From the NCBI RefSeq assembly GCF_001949145.1, contig NW_019091358.1:3218535-3282534 (forward strand): a stretch of 64,000 nt of DNA, given 5' to 3'. The stretch is from Acanthaster planci (Eukaryota). The first letter of the stretch is position 1. Each line of letters opens with the position of its first letter. The notes beneath the pieces were generated by a model, which saw only the letters and a program-made list of their open reading frames with translations, did no database searches and was not told where the DNA came from. The translations under genes were made by a program, and so were the position numbers. Of the stretch, positions 1-12,800 are shown one piece after another.

Positions 1-714
1 GCCCAGTGTCTCTGCAAGTGTGTCCACACCTCATGCACTGTTATTATCAAACATGTCCCCAAGGTATCTCAGGATTTCTGAGAGGCTGGGGCAACACTGT
101 GAACACTAAGAACAAAGAGTGAGGGCGCTTTCATTGCATCTTGCACAGCATGTGCCCAATGCCCATTAAATGGAGCAGGAATTCTGTACAAAGTGTCAAC
201 AGCAATGTGGCATGCATCAGTAGAGGTGACTGTTTGGGGGAATGGTGGGTGAGAATATTACAGACAACCCACCGCACACATTTCCATTTTGTCTGTTTAC
301 TGGTCCACTGAGTGATCATTGGTACTGATCAGAGACCAGTTTGCTGAAAAATCTAACCCATCTAATCGCACATGACACAACTAGACGAAATCAAACATGT
401 TCGATATTCCACATATGCAAGCAAACACTCTAATTCCAACGGAATTGATGTTTAAGTTAACAAATTGGATTTACAAAGAATAGTTGTAAAAATTGAAACA
501 GTAGACCCCTCCAACACAGTCAGCCAACATGCAACTTTTCATCATGATACATTCATCACAAGACTGATCACCATTTGACTGGTTATGGAATGGAATTGAT
601 GGGTTACCTTATGGTATATCATAATGTGAATAAAAACTGTATTGGTGATATAGTGCGAAAGTTAACTGGGAAAATGAAAGGTGTACGGCAGGTGTGACAT
701 GCAATCCTACTCAC

Positions 715-874
715 CCTGTAAATGAAGACATAGTGGTCCCTCTGTAGTACTGCCGCCCCACGGTCATGCCGGATGCTGCAGACAATGGACGGGACGTCCA
801 CGGTGCACAGATCCTCCATGCTCCGCATAGCACTGTCTATGGAGAGCAGGGTACCGGTCCTTCCGCAGCCATCA
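715..874 (-). CDS. PTP-like exon 10 (SDGCGRTG ... HYVFIYR)
   Basis: cattcag acceptor completes the Ser codon; AGG|GTGAGT donor. Confidence 0.9.
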
Positions 875-3800
875 CTGAATGAAAGATAAGCAAAAACCTG
901 ATTGGTAGGCGAGTAAGTGACAAAGCTAATATCCAAAAGAAGGGCATAATTTTCCATGTCTGCCTGAGCATCGTATGGAATTCAGGGCAACATATCTGAT
1001 TTTGTTTCCTTGTTCTTATTAATTTCTTTTAAAATCTGGAAAGCAGGGAACTGAGTTTATTCCAACCTCATGCTTTACAACTGATTACTCTTTTCTATGA
1101 TCACAGTTACTTGTGCTTTGAAGAAATTTTCACTCCCCATTCTTCAGACTTGATTTGCACGAGAGGAAAGATCCCCATGACAGATTTACTTCCCAGCTGT
1201 TAAATCCTGTTCAATTTGGCAGCTGCTACACATCAATAACTAGTGGATATTCTTCAGCTTCCTCCTGGGAGGCATGGGATAATCCAAATTATAGCTTGAA
1301 GTCTGGACCTTTCTGTCACATTTCCAATTTCTTTTTTTTCGATCAAACCTTTCAGTGACAAAACACTTCAAATAACAGGGTAACACTGTGCGATTTTCTG
1401 ATATAAGAATGAAGATACATTATTTTGGTATCAACATTATCCCTGGGTGAAACATGCTTACCAAGAACCAATGTCACAGTGATATTGTGATCTTCAAAAA
1501 GTAATCATGATAACACTTCAAGAAAACAAGGTGATAAAATAAAAAGTTTTTAAATAAACCAACTACTGTTATGTTCAAAGTTCAAGAATTCAGAGGTTTT
1601 CCCAATTCATATTAGACTTAAATGAAATCAAATGTCCCATGATAAGAATTTCTTTTCGGCCAGATCTCAAAAAAAGGTCTTGATGACAAGCAAAGAGTGC
1701 GAGGGAATTGGGGCTGAGTTAGCATCAATCCATATTAATAACCCAATATGATGCCCAAATCAATCAATTTTTCTTTTAACAAACTACTCCCTGCCTACCT
1801 GCAGTGGACCACTACCGGACCGTAGCTTTCCTGTACTGTCTGCCTGACTTGCAGGAGGAATGATAGCAGTAGGGTGGGGCAGGAGGGCACCAGGTTGCAG
1901 GCTACCGGCCACTGGGTGAACCAGAAATGGTTGATGGGACGGCACAGATTTTTCTGAAGTTGAGAATAAAACACAGGCAAGAGATTGCTTAAACAAAATG
2001 GACGTTAACTGTGAACATATGCAGAGACCAACCAGGTGTCATCAAAAGATGGCACAAATGATGGACTATGAGGATGCTGACATTTCTGGCCATTCCAAAT
2101 GGCCTGGTGATGGTCTTATTGGTTTGTGTGATGGTCTTTTTAATAACGAGAACTCCAACAGGTGGGCAGGATATGAGCCCGATTTCTGCTTCACAGCTGG
2201 CACTGGCACATGAATGCTGAAGAAACCCACTGAGGACCCACAGCCATCCAATTCTCACCAAGGGGCAGAGAACGAGAGGCAGCAATTCCTGTTTAGCAGA
2301 GGGTACAAGCTGAGGTAAGTTGCAGGTTACCACTGGTGAAACCAGGGGAAACGGAAACCCTCCCAAAACAATTTTGACCCCCCCTTCTCCCCCCCCCTAA
2401 AAAAATTTGGTTCTAGATCCGCCCTTGCAGGTTACCTGTATGTTCTTGATGAGGAGAGTAGACATGGAGTAGTTCTCTGTCAAGACACACCCCTGTCTCA
2501 TGACCAGGATGTCCCCATAAAGCTGGGCATTCTGGATGCCTTCATCCCGAGGCCAGTACCACGGACACACCTGTCAATATGCAAGATGGTGAATGGTTAT
2601 TCTGGTGCAACGATGCCAGAACTTCCACAGTTAGGCCTTTTCAAGCCACCTCAGAGTTATTTTTTCCCAACAGTCAACTGCATCCTACTTCTGAATGAAC
2701 ACTGCAAAATTCATACTGTTCATGTGTGAGCCAGTGTGTGTGTACTAAAACCAGCATCTCTAGCACTATTGCTTGGCATTTCGTGAGTTGGCCTCAGAGT
2801 GACTCAAACAGCTCCCCAATGTGTCTAGGAATAAAACTGCTCTGTAGAAAACTCAAAGTATTTTGTCCCAGGTGCTTGTAGTGATTACCAGGAATGTATA
2901 ACTGGAGGCTTCTTTTGCTTAGTGAAAAGAAATAAATGAACATCTTGGAAGAGTCAATTTATTAGCATTAGATTGGAGATTTACACCATTCAACATGGTA
3001 GACATGAGAAGGATCTTGCACCGTTTTCAGCACAACCTGTCACATTCATCCACATGAAAATTTATACTGATGCACAAAAGTGGCAAACAAGATTCTTCTC
3101 AAATGTGAGCAAAGACCAATCAGGTAATATTAAGACCTTCAAAATCAGGTGGCATTTCTCTTTGACAGCCCCAAGTCTCACTAGATTAGGCAGAAAATCA
3201 AACGACAATGAAGCTGGTCATTTAGACATTTCTGAACATGATGGTGGCAGCACTTTCTATTACTCACCACGCCCATCTCTTCAGGGGAGCAGAGACAGAC
3301 GATTGTCCGCGACTGCTGCTCCCACACCATCTCCCAGAAGTTGTTGACGTTGGTGCCCCAGGGCGCTGTGGTGGCAATGTAGCTGTACTTGGTATTTCCA
3401 TATCCCTGCAGCATCCACAGAGCATGCACGAATGAGTTATCTCCTACCAGTCTAATGAGTCATTTACTCGTGATAGGGAAACTCTGCGCACATACATGCT
3501 TAGGCACTTGTTACACACGTGACCGAGAGAAGTGAAACTTGCAAAAAAAATAGCAAGTGTTGAAGTCGGGTTCTTCCAAAGTATATTTTTCACCACCAAA
3601 TACTGAGCTTTTCTTTGCTAATGCTGCAAAAGAGACAATGACCAATTGAAGATGAAGTCCATGACAAAAGGAAACAACCAATTTCGATTTCAATCAGCTG
3701 CTTGTTAAAGAAGTACCAAAAACGTTCTTAGCAAGTACTTTCTGAAAACATTTGTCTTAATAAAGTCTCAGTTTTTACAACATTCTCCTCATTCTTTTAA

Positions 3801-6800
3801 AGTACATGTACATTCTATTCAAGTTTAGTATTTTACTTAGGACCTAGAAAGTAAAGTACTAGACTACAACCCTGCAACAGATAAAGCCAGGAACACAGAA
3901 GCAAGAAAAACCTCTGCGCACTGATAAATCCAGTGCAGAGCAGGGGGAAACCAACATTGTACCCATTTGCTCTCCAAATGCAGTTTAGGGTTGTTATACA
4001 ATGCCTGATGCCATCAACAATAACATTGCTCAGTGTCAAGTGATTCAGCACTTTGCATTTTAAGCACTGTACAATACAGCAGTCTTAATTGCACATGACT
4101 TCTTGACAATGACACAGTAAACCACGCAGTGACATTTTGAGTTCACGGATGTACTGTTTTTGAGGTAAAGATAATACTGCCATCAGTTGGTAGCCAAGCA
4201 TATTGGTTGGCTTGCAGTAGTCAGTACTACAAAACACTAAGTAATAGCTAGAGCCTGAAGGACCTAGTGCTACAAATGACTACATGTATATCTGGCTAGG
4301 TTACATCCATTTTTACTCGTACAGAAAACAATAAAGCCAAGCATTCATATTGCCACAGCACTGTATGGTACATTGTCTTATCTATTGTATTTTATGGCTT
4401 CAGAGAACAATAAGATCATGTCCTCTTACAAGCGACAGCGCTGATTACTACATTTTACTACAAGTAGTAATTTGTAGTATTATGTAGGGTTAAAGTTTTA
4501 AGGTATGAACCCCTAAGACGGTCACCAAGTACCCGCCAGACCCACCTTGACAAAGCTTGCATTCAGGAATCCATGCTGGTTGTCCAAGCTGACCTTCTCC
4601 AGGGGCACCCTGGTCTTGGGGGGAGGGTGGAACAGGCTGAGGGCTGCCATGGAGCTCTTGGATGGACTGTGGGACTTGGCCAAGTCCTTCTGGAAATCTG
4701 GCAAAGTCTGAAAAAATAATGCAGGTACAAAATTAACTTATTGAGGGTTTATTGACACAGTGTTTTTGAAGTATAATGCACATTGTTTCTTTCGAGCCCT
4801 CTTTGGAAAGAAATGTTTGGCCACACAAGATCAGCACTTTGGCATGAACACCACACATGTGCAAGAAATTGACTTGCACTATTCTTGGCAGTAAGTTCCA
4901 CCTGGTGTTCACCTGTACATCAATCACAGACTTTTGCGACCGAGATTTAACGCCACTGCACAGGATGGAGCAAAACACGTCATGTTGTCTTCTGGCCAGC
5001 TCATTTCTGAGCATTTTGGTTCGATGACTGAAGATCACAGCTTTGCTCAAATCAAATGTATCAAGACCAGTCTGTGCTAATCTTTCTTGCATTGCCTGGA
5101 TGACAGTAAACATACAGCCAAACTCCTCCACATGTGCATGAGACCCTGAGCATGCTGGACTCTATCCTACTATTTACAAAACATTCAACTTCAGCCTACC
5201 TGTCACAAATTCTTCAGTCGTGATTCTGAATAAAACTTGAGGACACAGTTTTCCCTCACTTGTCACAGCAATCTTTTATAACTATCAACAGTGTGCAATA
5301 ATGTTACACATTTCAGTTGCTACAGGGTTTTGAAATAAGCTTCCTATTGTTATAAACGATGACAATGCTACACACCTCAAATTCTTCAGTGATGGCCTCC
5401 CAGTAGCTGTAGAACTGTGATAAGCTGTGCATGCTCAACACATGGGACGGATAGTTCTGTTAAGAAAGAAAGTGTGCTGTTTTACGTGGCAGTTGAGGGT
5501 TCAGTGTGTGGTAGACATATCCAAACCTCCAACATATTGTTTGAAATCAGTGATCACAGAGCTTCCTTGTTTGGGTGACAAACTGTGTGGGTTTAGGTGA
5601 CAGAGGAAAATGGAACAACACGGATCTGTTAACCATTTCAAAGAGCCACCAAAAATCGACTCCTTTTTTGGTAAGCGGGAAATGAAAATTGCTGCAATGG
5701 GGCGACACTTTTGGAGCGAAAATAAAACGTACATCAACAGGGAAGACACCACTGCAATCCTACTTCAGTGTTTATTGCACTGTGACCTGCAGAATTTAAA
5801 GTGATATTGTTTGTGTTAACTCACCAGAAATAGTTTAAGTAATCCAACCACATGGTAACAACAAAAATAACAAACACTGAAGCACAAATAGATGATAAGA
5901 CAGATTGCGATATACAAGTGATTGAACATTGAAAAATTTAATTTGTAGACTTTCAGGCAGAACCAGGCAAAGTGTTTGCGCTCTGCCTTACCGGAGCTGC
6001 ATAGTCCTCCTCATCATCCATGATCAGTCCCTTGTTGACGGCGGGCACCAGGTTGTGGGTCGCCATTGTCGGCGGTATGGTGAAGGGGGCAGTGTGCTGG
6101 TGGTGCAGGGGGCTCAGCTGGTGGGCATCGCTCAACGTATCATGCAGCTGCTTCCCATCAAAGTAGTAACGGTTGTGGATGGTGCGACGCTTTGCCAGGT
6201 GCGATCTGTAGAGCTGGAATGTGGTTAAGGGCATTCATTTCAAAGATTGCTGGAATCTACTTAGTCAACGGCAAATTACATTTGGTGACCATTCTGTGAC
6301 TACACCAAGAGATAGGGAACAGCTTGTGGATGGTGCTCAGGTAGAACATACAGGCATGCAAATGGCAAGTTAACCCCTTGACGACGGGAATTTTATAGTT
6401 GATAATAGCTGAAATGCAGGCCGAGGATCTCAATTTTTACGGCGGCTCTTACTGTGTCCCGACGCAAAGGGGTTAAAAAAATGGGGAAATTCTAAAACAT
6501 ACAACACGTGCCAACAAGTTGACCTGACATCATCTTAATGTGTTGAGTTGATGTAACAGTATCACTATGCTGCTATATCCTGGCAGGGGCATAACCTGAA
6601 CTAATTTCTTTTAGGGGGTAGGTAAGTTGGACATTTCTTTTTGAACAGTTTACTCAGAGGCAAATCTAACTTTTAAGGGTTTTTTAAGGAAGAAAGGGAA
6701 ATGAAAAGGGTAGGGGATGGACAGACCAGCAGAAGCAAACTGGCAAACCATGAACAGTGTACATGGTCCAATTCCAAGGTGTTTTCATGTGAACTGAATA

Positions 6801-9800
6801 TTTTCATCCTCTTTCTTCCTTTCCTTTTTTCCCCCTTTTTTCTTTGCCTTTACCTTGTAAACGGCAATGGTAACGACTGACACTGTGATCAGCAAACTAA
6901 GGCTCACTCCCACCTTGACCCCGGTAGTTGAGCTGGATGGTTTGGGGCCAGGGGTTGCCTGCGAGCCTCCGTAGACATGCACCGACAACACCTGAAACCA
7001 GGTCAGCCATTATCAATATTAAAGTCACAGAAACGAAAGGACAGATCACAAAAAGCTTACATGTAGTTAATGGCATTAAACATTGTAGCTACATGTGATG
7101 GCCCGTAAATATGCCTCTAGGCTTTGAAGTGGTAAGTTGGCCCCACGATTAGTGGAATTATTGGGCTCCTGCATAGCTCTGGCTCCTAGATATTTGAAGA
7201 TAATTTTCTTTTAGTTCAGAAACAGACTTCCATCTTTTTTGAAAGATACTTACCTGAACAAGTAAATCTTAAATAAATAACATCCTTTTTTTTTTCATTT
7301 AAACTATAAATGTGACCCACTCCATGAAATCGAGTCATAAGTCACCAAGGCCACTTTTGGAGTTTTCGTTTGTATTGGAATGAGCAAATTGAGTTTTTTG
7401 TTTTGATGTATCACTCAGTTTGGCATCTTGATGAAAGTGGATACTCCATGGTAAAAAATGCTGTGGGTTCCTGTCAATTTACACTATGCAAAATTATTCT
7501 AAGGGACTTTTTACTCCAAAGTGGCTCTGGAAACTTAAGACTCATTTTCACAGAGTGGGTCACAAATGATGGAAAGTTGCCACGATGCACTGCACAATCA
7601 GTCTGTGCAATTGGTAGTATTTTACTCAACTTCAATTGCGACAAGCATGCTTTTGTAAAATGTGTATATATATGTATACGTTGGAGATGGAATAAAGTGG
7701 TCTCATTAATGGAACCCTATAAGATGCTTTACACACTTTGGTAACATGTGTACCTTTGGCTCTAGGTATTTCTGTAGTTCTTCCTGGTCTGACTGCATCA
7801 TAAGTCCCACAGACTCTGTCAGCTTGGTATCACAACTTCCCTTCTGGGACTCAATGCAGATGTCGACCTGTGTGCGAATAACATCAACAGGGGTGTCCCT
7901 CTCTGTTTCCATCTGGGGGCAGCTTCTGGTATCATTCAGGACTGCTGTGTAAGGAAGGTAATGGAGAGACAGACTTTTCCAGGAATACCTGGCGATGGAG
8001 GAGACAAAATCCTCAATGCTGACACAGAAGTCCTTCCATGTTTCTTGCAGGACAAGCTGGATGGCAACAGAAGGGTAAGGGATGGGGGTCTTGGGCTTGC
8101 TGGTGTGTGTACTCTCACTGATGTGGGGTGTGGGACCGTGTGTTGGCCTGGCTACCGCTCTGGTTGTCAGGCGGGGTGGAGCTGTGGGCCGCGGTCTGGT
8201 TGGCCTGTGGGGCTTGCTGGGTGGAGGTGGCTTCTCCGTCTCAATCGGTGGCCCTTGGGAGTGAGGGGGAGGGGGTTCTTCTGTTGGCTCGTGTCTCGTG
8301 GGCACGAGGGGTGGGTGTTGCTCAGTCTGAGGGGGCGGTTGCAGATTTATGGTCGTTTGCTGCAATAGTCTGGTCGTTTGCTGCAGTAGTCTGGTTGTCT
8401 GCTGCAGCATTCTGGTTGTAGCTGCCCATGTCATGTAAGCTTGAGTTGTAATGCGTCCTCTCTGGGTTGTGACTTCTCCAGCTGTTGTGGGAGGAGATAC
8501 ACGCACAGTTGTGACCCTTGGACTTGTGGCAAGAGCCGACCCAGAAGTGGTACCGGATAGCTCAGTAGTTGCAGGTGTCGGCGTTGTTAGAGCAGGTACC
8601 ACTGAAGTAGGCACTGGCAATGTTGTGGTTTCAAGGGATGGTTCGGACTGTCGAGTGGTACTTGTGTACCTGATTGGGTTGGCAGTTGTCCCCCTTGGTT
8701 CCACAACGCCCCCTCCCGTTGTTGCCAGTGGCTCTCCTACTCTGGTCGTTGACTGATGGGGCGGCCTGCTGGTCTTCTCAGGCAGGGGAGGGGCATCAGT
8801 GACCCCTGGTCCTGGCAGGCCATGACGTGTACTGTGGGCTTCTGTGACTTTGGGGTCAGGTTTAACAGACGTTGTCATTTGTGGTTGTGTTTCATCAGAA
8901 CGAACAGACAAGCCTGCGAGAGCAAAACAAGAATACAGTAATGGCTGCCAATGAACATGACACTGTATTAGAATTCAAAGCTGTGATACAAATACTGTTC
9001 CAGGAAGCATTTTGCTCACCCTTGCTGTTGTGCCTTCATACCAATAACCTATCTGCTTTCTAAATTGAAACATTCTATACTAGAGATTATACACAGTGCT
9101 GAAATGTAGCATTAAATTGTCCAGTAAGAAATCTGACACCCCCAAATTAATTCACCATTGTTCTGCCCTAATACTTTTGGCTCAAAAGTTCAAGCGAAAT
9201 AAAAGTGTTTCATCTACTATCCACCCCAATTTTTTCAGCATTAAAAGTAAACACAATCAATTTTTATTTATGGTCAAACAACACGTACACTACTAAATTA
9301 CATTACTACTAAGACAAAAATACATTAATTACTAAAAGCAAAGTTATGTCAGCAGAATGACAAAACAATTTCTATCAATTTTATTGGAAAGTTATGAGCC
9401 AAGTAGTTTGGTTCTGTTATTTAGATGACTGTTCATACTTCTTGTTCAAGTAACATGTACATAACACAAATCTAAAAATGCTTCATATTTTATTCTCCAC
9501 CCAAATGACTCACTAATGGACTAAACAAGAAACACTCCACTCCAACCACCACACACATATATATAATGGGGCACTCAAGACAACAGCGTCAAAGCTTTGC
9601 CAAAGGGTGCAATCCATTGTCAACACCGTTTGTGAATACACATTCCATTTGAGAAGTTCAAGAGTCAAGTGTGTGATATGCAAACCTCACAGGTGACTTT
9701 TTCCTGGTTGCAAGATAAAAATCCAAACACTTGATAGATATTGTGCAATGCCCATGCTTTACACAACACAGGCCACATACACATTTGGTGAAGATTACCA

Positions 9801-12800
9801 CCTGACCTGCACAAGAACTCAACCCAAATTATTCACCAAAATTTCTACCAGCGTTTTTTTTAGCTGTTCCCAATCTCAATTGGGAACAGCTTTTGTAACC
9901 GTTCAAATTTTTTCCCTTTTTTTTCCGCTGTTTTTTTCTAAGGGGCACTTTGGCAATTATTTTAAGTTCGATCAATTTCAAACTTGGTATAGTAATTAAC
10001 CATCATCAGAAGACGTTTCGCAAAACTTATTGTAATCATGACGCCATCACGAAACCTCAATTCAAAGTTCATTCTTTACAGTCTAATACCTAGTCAACTA
10101 TTTTACTGATTTCACTCAAATTTGGTATGCTCATATAGTCAGGGATGTGTTACAGATGAAAATTGATATCTTGACCTCGTGTGACCTCTACTTCCAGCTT
10201 GACCGGAAGTTTTATTTGAAAACAAAAATTTCAAACTTGGTATAGTAATTAACCATCATCAGAAGATGTGCCCCGAACCTTTTTGTAATCGTGACGTCAT
10301 CAGGGGTCACGTGACCTCAATTCAAATGTTCATTCTTTACAGTCTAATAACTAGTAAACAATTTGACTGATTTCACTCAAATTCGGTATGCACATGGTCG
10401 GGGACATGTTATAGATGAAAATTTATATCTTGACCTCATGTGACCTCTACTTCTGGTTTGACCGGAAGTTGCATTTTCACACACAAATCGTCACATCTCA
10501 TGCACTATGCGTTCAATTGCAGTGATAATTTGTTTTTAGTTATACATGCCACTTTGGCAATTATTTGTAATTCAATTGATTGCAAACTTATGATACTCGT
10601 TGACAGTCATCAAAAGACAATAAAAAACATTTTGGGAACAGGTATGTGTTTGTTCACAAACACCACCTCTAGGTTCTTTTTTTTTTAATTATTAATAAAT
10701 CCATCAAGAACCACTGTTTGGAACGTAAACAAGACAGCAAGCAGTAGCGAATCCAGGAGGGGGGGGTGTTTTCATTGTTTTGGGAGAAACCTCCCCTTTC
10801 TCCCTGTGTTCCAAGCTTATGATATAATCAAATTCAGCAATTATCACCAAAATATGCCCCTCTTGCATTGCTGGGTTCACCTGCCCCCTTTGTAAATACT
10901 GGGCACCATCTCCCCCTCCTTTGGTAAATGCTAGATTTGCTGCTGGCAAGTTCTCCAATAAGAAACAAAAAAGCCTCCACAGAAAAACAACAAAACCATA
11001 AATCTAACCAAAGAGACACATCCATGCATGTTTCTGCCAGTACGTATCCAAGTTAAATTAATCTGTACATTGAGATGTGCGTACAAATCTTCGTCTGACC
11101 GATTATAAAACGAGTCAGGAGAAAGCAGGTTCTTGCCCTGTAATTATGCTGGTACATGTATTATCCCATGGTATCATCATACAGATAAATGTAAAAAGAC
11201 CACAGCATGTATTAATTTCCAGTGAATGACAATTACAAAGACCTCATCAGGTTTCCCGATGGCAATAAACAGACACACTAGTGTTATGTAGCGAATATGA
11301 TGTGAATGTCCTTAGGGACGCTACCTTCTCACAGCACACAAACTTATCAGAGTGGCATACATGTATTTCAGCTCCATTGTTTCTGCAACTTGCACAGAAT
11401 GTGGGGAATTTTTAAGACCAATTAAGAACCCACTCACTGTGATGTTGAAAATTCATATTCTTTACTACACTGTAGGTAAAATTGTATTAAACAATCATCT
11501 AGAACTTGTCAATCCTAAAACAATACCACAGACTTCAAACATACTGACCATTTTTCCCACATTGAATTTTCTACAAATTTCAGAGAATAAACCATGTGCC
11601 ATGCAACAGAAGCATTAGGATTTTGTCACATGATGACAATTCTTTTTCTGTACTTTGGAGAGTGAAAAATAAAAAATGACTGAAAATGGATCTGACAAAT
11701 AACAGACTGTTCAATTACAATTATGGACTGTACATCCATATCTGGGCTAGCAACCACACAATCCTGGCTTTCAGAAAGCATCAACTATTATTTTATCTTG
11801 TGCAAATGTGTGAGAAAAACATAACTCAAAATACCCATGTTGATGTAAGCAAGAACTCTTGTACTGCAATGCAGGACATCATATTGACACCCATCTTGGG
11901 AGTCATGTGAACAACTTCCTGTGGGTCAACACCATGATTTACAACTTCCTTAATTGAAGCTTCTCCTTTCAAAAGCACTGACAAGCATTATTCTTTTTTT
12001 TTTCAATTTGGAATCTTTACATCTAACACCTTCAAAACCCAGTCACTCTGCCTTGTCATAAAATTACTTTTCCTCGGGGATTTGGTCCCTTCTTACAACC
12101 TCATGGTCAACAGTGTTTGCACAATTTTCAAAAGTGTACACAACTTTCGCATTTTTAAGCTTTCAAACCTCTCAGACCAGTAGCCAAACTTCATCCAGTG
12201 GGCCTGCAGCGGGTATATTAGTTACTACTGCCATCTCCCATTTGCTTCTGGCTTTTAGAAGCTGAGGCAGAGCAAGTTTTCTATGGTTAAAGTAGTAAGT
12301 TTGATTGAAAAATTCCATTAAGGCAAAGCCAAGTGGAATAGAGCATTCAAAATTATTCTTTCCACGAATGTTAAGTATCAATTACTTTCATCAATGCCTA
12401 AATGATTCCTCTGAAATGGTCACCATTTTGCTTTGTAAGCGCAACATAAAATCACGACATGAGGTTTTCAAGTTCCAATACAGGTGATTCGCACTAGAGT
12501 GCTTCCAAGAGTTTGCAATGTGCTGGCTAATCACAATGCCCGAAATCTGCCAAACCTTTCCAAATGCGCATTGGGTCGACAGATTTCATGCATTGTGATT
12601 GGTCAACACGTTGCAAACACTTGGAGGAGCACTATTGTGAGTCGCCCATATTCCGTTCACACTTAGGCAACCATCCCTGTGAGTTTTATATTTTTTTCAT
12701 ATCACTTGACAACCTTTTTAATTTGTTTTTTTCTGCGTATCATAAGGGTAACCATGACTTACAATTTCATCTTCTGACAAAAGACGGTACAATGTTTTGC

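Noticed and set aside
1..714. Search for the terminal exon of the PTP-like gene
   Set aside because: No acceptor followed by a convincing PTP C-terminal helix; it probably lies outside the window
7746..8941. Several + strand ORFs of up to 135 aa opposite the mucin exon
   Set aside because: Expected antisense shadows of a GC-rich low-complexity coding exon; no motifs
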